Positions 22,910 through 26,030 of a stretch of 26,030 nucleotides of DNA are shown piece by piece. The stretch comes from Bacteriovoracia bacterium (lineage in GTDB: Bacteria; Bdellovibrionota; Bacteriovoracia; Bacteriovoracales; Bacteriovoracaceae): assembly GCA_046570105.1 (NCBI GenBank), contig JBKHVI010000042.1:1-26030 (forward strand), in the 5' to 3' direction. The notes under the pieces are model-generated. The model was not told where the DNA came from. It saw only the letters and a program-made list of their open reading frames with translations, and searched no databases. A program made the translations under genes and the position numbers. Position 1 is the stretch's first letter; each line of letters begins with the position of its first letter.

Positions 22910-25097
22910 GGGCTTCTTGGGATTTGGTGATGCCTGGTGGCGCCACAAAATCAAGCCCCACGCCACCTTTGGCCGTCACACTTCCTCGCATATCCACAGC
23001 AAACAATGTTTGCTTCAACTGATCCTGGGAGAGCAGTCCCTCTAAGCGTTTGCGCAGAGTTTTCTCAATCCCTTCACCGATAGTAGATTGTACCGCTCGT
23101 TCTACATCATTCATCATCCCAGAAGGGAAAAAGCTCGTCCGCATACTTGAAGGAAGACCGGCACGTGCTTGTAGTTGCACAAGTTCGGCTTTCGCCGCAG
23201 CCGTGAGAGGTTTGTTGGGAACGACCAGCATGTCATCACCACTGATAGTGATTTCTGCATCGACACCATGTCGCTTAAGGGCCGCTCTGATGTTGGTTTG
23301 AGTTTTATCTTTGAGATCATCTAGCTGGCCTGTTACTACTCTCTCTTGCGTGCGAACTGCTACTACGGCATCCTCAAGACTTTTTCCTTTTGCTAGTCCC
23401 ATCGCTGTTGCTTCAGCGTTCTGAGAACCCACTCCCGCAAAATCAACCGTGAGTCCACCTTTTCGTGCTTTTTCAAAACGATGAGCAACTCGCTCTGGGA
23501 TCAAAAGCCCTGGTGAGAATTGATCAACTTGGGTGAAGTATTGTTTGAGGCGATGGGCATCTTGTTCATCAACTGTAATACCGAAGCGACGACTCAAGGT
23601 ACTCATTACTTCTTCAGGGCCGGTGCTTTTTCGCACGACTTCCATGACTTCGGCATTGGGAATAAATTTATTTGTTCCAGGAACTTGTTTCAACAGGCCT
23701 GAGCCCTTAAAGCGAGTGGCCAGGATACTACGTGTTTGTTCAGCTTCTTCCCAAGCTTTCAAAACACTGCCTCGTACATGAGGAAGATCAAAATTATCAA
23801 CTGTGCTGTCATTGGAGCGTCGAGAGAAACGAGTCACGAGATTGGCCTCATCAGCTGTTCGGCCTAGGCCCGCTCTAAACCACGGGGTTTGCATTTGTTC
23901 CGCTCTGACATAGCGACCTTGCAACATTTCTAATTGAAAGGCCTTATCATTTTCTGCCAAACGTTTTCCAAGTTCGGCCATGAGTTCATTTTCTTTCCCA
24001 GGAGGACCGCGGATGCCCGCTCGTAGTGATTTGTAGTCGGAGTAAAACTCAAGTTCTACATCAGGATATTTTTCTTTAAATTCTTCGATGACGGCTTTGA
24101 CGGATGCGTTGTAGCGATTTCCAAAAGCGTTGACGAGAGTTTTATCTTTCAAAGTATCGTTGAGAAATTTCAAAGCTGTATTCTGAGTATCAACAAAGAA
24201 GACTCCTGGGCGTTTCGTCTTCAGTGACATGGCAATCCAAGCTTTATTCTGCGTTGGAGTCGTGACCGCCACATCGGCCCATTTTTTGATGAACTCTTGA
24301 CGTGTGAGTGGAATGATTTTAGTTGGTGGGGGATTGGCTTTTATTTGGTGGGGGGCACTATTTTTAGTTACTTTTTCTGTTATCTTGCTCGTTGTTTCAC
24401 TGAGTTTACCGAGACCTTTGGCCTTTAAAATTAAAGTGATCTTAGTGGCGGGTATAAAAATACCTGCTACCACAGCACATACATGAGCATCTTGGGCTTC
24501 AGGTTTGAGGCAGTCCCAATAGGCCACTTGTCTCTCAGCTTCTGCACGGGCCGCTCCCATCAAGTACTGGAGAGCTTTTTTTGAGACATCGATACCTTTA
24601 GAAACTCCTTCAGAAAATTCTTCTACTGTCTTTTTGCGGCACTCAACAGACTGGAGACATTTATGAGTCTCTTCAGCGATTTGTTTTGAGCGGCGATAAT
24701 TGGTACTGAACATTTCACCAATTTCTTCGGGAGGAGTGTTCTTGGCCCATGTGTAGGCGGTTACGATACTGTTGATGCCTGTCTCTCCTAAAGCACCGAT
24801 GAGATCTACGATATCGGTGGCAAACATTAAGGCACAGTAAAGTTCACCTTTTGGAGTCACTGGATTGAGGACATATTTTTCAAGAAAACTTGGTTCAGAA
24901 CAGCTGCGCATGTAGAGATTTTTTTCAAAATCACGCTTGAAGTGCTGGTGACACTCTTCACGCAATTGTAGTTCGCAGCTGATTCTTTCAAGTTCTTTGC
25001 CGTTTTCACCTAGTGGATCTGGAATACAATCACAAACGGCCCAGCTTTGCTGGGAGAAAAGAGTGAGAAATAAGACGAGAATTAAGCGGTAATTCAC
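22818..25097 (-). CDS. Large secreted protein: Cys-rich N-terminus, hydrophobic linker, putative twin-palm (GGDEF/Cas10-like) C-terminal region
   Basis: 759-aa ORF; signal peptide ending SQQSWA; motifs LKFLND, YSDYKS, VDFAGVG, ISGDDMLVV. Confidence 0.7.
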   Translation of the reverse strand: MNYRLILVLFLTLFSQQSWAVCDCIPDPLGENGKELERISCELQLREECHQHFKRDFEKNLYMRSCSEPSFLEKYVLNPVTPKGELYCALMFATDIVDLIGALGETGINSIVTAYTWAKNTPPEEIGEMFSTNYRRSKQIAEETHKCLQSVECRKKTVEEFSEGVSKGIDVSKKALQYLMGAARAEAERQVAYWDCLKPEAQDAHVCAVVAGIFIPATKITLILKAKGLGKLSETTSKITEKVTKNSAPHQIKANPPPTKIIPLTRQEFIKKWADVAVTTPTQNKAWIAMSLKTKRPGVFFVDTQNTALKFLNDTLKDKTLVNAFGNRYNASVKAVIEEFKEKYPDVELEFYSDYKSLRAGIRGPPGKENELMAELGKRLAENDKAFQLEMLQGRYVRAEQMQTPWFRAGLGRTADEANLVTRFSRRSNDSTVDNFDLPHVRGSVLKAWEEAEQTRSILATRFKGSGLLKQVPGTNKFIPNAEVMEVVRKSTGPEEVMSTLSRRFGITVDEQDAHRLKQYFTQVDQFSPGLLIPERVAHRFEKARKGGLTVDFAGVGSQNAEATAMGLAKGKSLEDAVVAVRTQERVVTGQLDDLKDKTQTNIRAALKRHGVDAEITISGDDMLVVPNKPLTAAAKAELVQLQARAGLPSSMRTSFFPSGMMNDVERAVQSTIGEGIEKTLRKRLEGLLSQDQLKQTLFAVDMRGSVTAKGGVGLDFVAPPGITKSQEALIRREFQSSVNDMNHALKAQGKDASLAALP

Positions 25098-25170
25098 CGA
25101 TATCTTATCGGTCAGCTTGAGATTATTTAGAGATGATAAATGAGAGCGAAGCGATTTGCTCGGTTTAAAT

Positions 25171-25196
25171 AGAAAGGGCCCGCATGGTGCGGGCCC
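25171..25196 (-). terminator. Terminator of the 25227-25796 gene
   Basis: GGGCCCGCA-3 nt-TGCGGGCCC stem; the minus strand continues TTTCT. Confidence 0.75.
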
Positions 25197-25226
25197 AGTC
25201 TTAAAGTCACAATCTTTCGATTGAAA

Positions 25227-25796
25227 TTACTTTGTAGAAACAGTTACTTCGCGAACAGTTGTTTGAGCTGGCTTGTAAACGATGTTCTCAACGCAACCTG
25301 GAGCGATATCGCCAGATTCCATAACTTGGCAGATTGTAGAGTTACGAACGTCAACAACTTGGATTGTGCGAGCAGCAAGCTTAGTGCTCAAAGAGAAGTT
25401 GTTACGAGCGAAAGCTTTACGAACTGAACCGCCGCCAAGGCGCCACATTGGAGAAGCGTTCTTCAAAGAAGCAACAGCGTCAGCGTTGAACTCAGAAACT
25501 TCGAAGTTGAAAGTAAGGTAAGACTGAGCAGCTTCTGGATCACGGAAAACGCCTTCAGTGTAATCAACAAAAACTTGAACCATTGGCTTAGACTCAAGAA
25601 CTACAACTTCTGTACATGGGTAATCAGTTTCCATGTTGCAGTGAGGAAGTTCGCGGATTTCAGTTTTAGTAGGGATGAGGCTGTATACAGCTTGGTCCAT
25701 TTTGAAACCAGAGTGAGCAGCAGCAACGTCTACAGACTGAGTAGCAGCGAAAGCAGAGCTAGATACCAAAGCAAGGGCAAGAGCTAACAATTTCAT
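25227..25796 (-). CDS. Secreted beta-rich hypothetical protein
   Basis: Signal MKLLALALALVSSSAFA; AAGGAG RBS before ATG 25796; two Cys pairs. Confidence 0.85.
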   Translation of the reverse strand: MKLLALALALVSSSAFAATQSVDVAAAHSGFKMDQAVYSLIPTKTEIRELPHCNMETDYPCTEVVVLESKPMVQVFVDYTEGVFRDPEAAQSYLTFNFEVSEFNADAVASLKNASPMWRLGGGSVRKAFARNNFSLSTKLAARTIQVVDVRNSTICQVMESGDIAPGCVENIVYKPAQTTVREVTVSTK

Positions 25797-26030
25797 AAAG
25801 ACTCCTTCAAGGTTAATAAAACACACAAAAGTTAATAAAAAGTACAACTATCTGAAACAACTAGTTTTTCAAGGCAAACAACTTCACAAGATGGATGGAG
25901 AATATTTCACAAAAACCGAGTTGAATAGTTCACTTTTGAAACACGAAGAGTTTCTTTTCACGGGCCGTGAACACAGTGCGCAAGTGATGAGAATGAATCA
26001 AGAAGGAGGGTGAAAAATGAGTGTGAAAAA

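Noticed and set aside
22818..25097. Bona fide type III CRISPR cas10 gene or active diguanylate cyclase
   Set aside because: It has a signal peptide, no HD domain, no GG(D/E)EF motif and no cas genes or array nearby. Only palm-like motif similarity is proposed.
1148..25787. Numerous short antisense or alternate-frame ORFs in the track (e.g. 1148-1342, 9304-9603, 14559-14852, 21607-22056)
   Set aside because: They lie within well-supported genes and lack RBSs or recognisable motifs; they are shadow ORFs.
26003..26030. Start of a + strand CDS (AGGAGG then ATG at 26017)
   Set aside because: Only four codons lie inside the window, which is not enough to support a call.

Overview
Bacterial chromosomal segment. 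It is probably from a predatory Bdellovibrionota (Bacteriovoracaceae-like) organism, inferred only from gene style: many small '...SAFA' secreted proteins, an 'RSIAS' motif after a signal peptide, PilZ with a FliA-type promoter. Bases 1-2575 are an AT-richer accessory end: a 5'-truncated tyrosine integrase, a DUF4258/MqsA-family toxin-antitoxin pair with tandem palindromic operators, and an orphan Zn-less MqsA-like HTH paralogue with its own promoter and operator. The middle is mostly housekeeping or conserved: two YbjT-like SDRs, murI, NlpC/P60, PilZ, a degenerate flavoprotein, a lipoprotein, cyclophilin, recJ, a coiled-coil protein, nhaC and ppk1-sixA converging on ppx. The right end (20.7-25.8 kb) carries exported proteins: two tandem HExxH lipoproteins and a 759-aa secreted protein whose C-terminal half looks like a twin-palm (GGDEF/Cas10-like, SGDD) nucleotidyl cyclase/polymerase. 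The most notable candidates are that secreted twin-palm protein, a 164-bp TA-bounded element with perfect 17-bp terminal inverted repeats (part of one end recurs 4.5 kb away), a UbiB/ABC1-like pseudokinase, and the TA plus orphan antitoxin module. All family calls come from motif recognition by eye; no searches were run.
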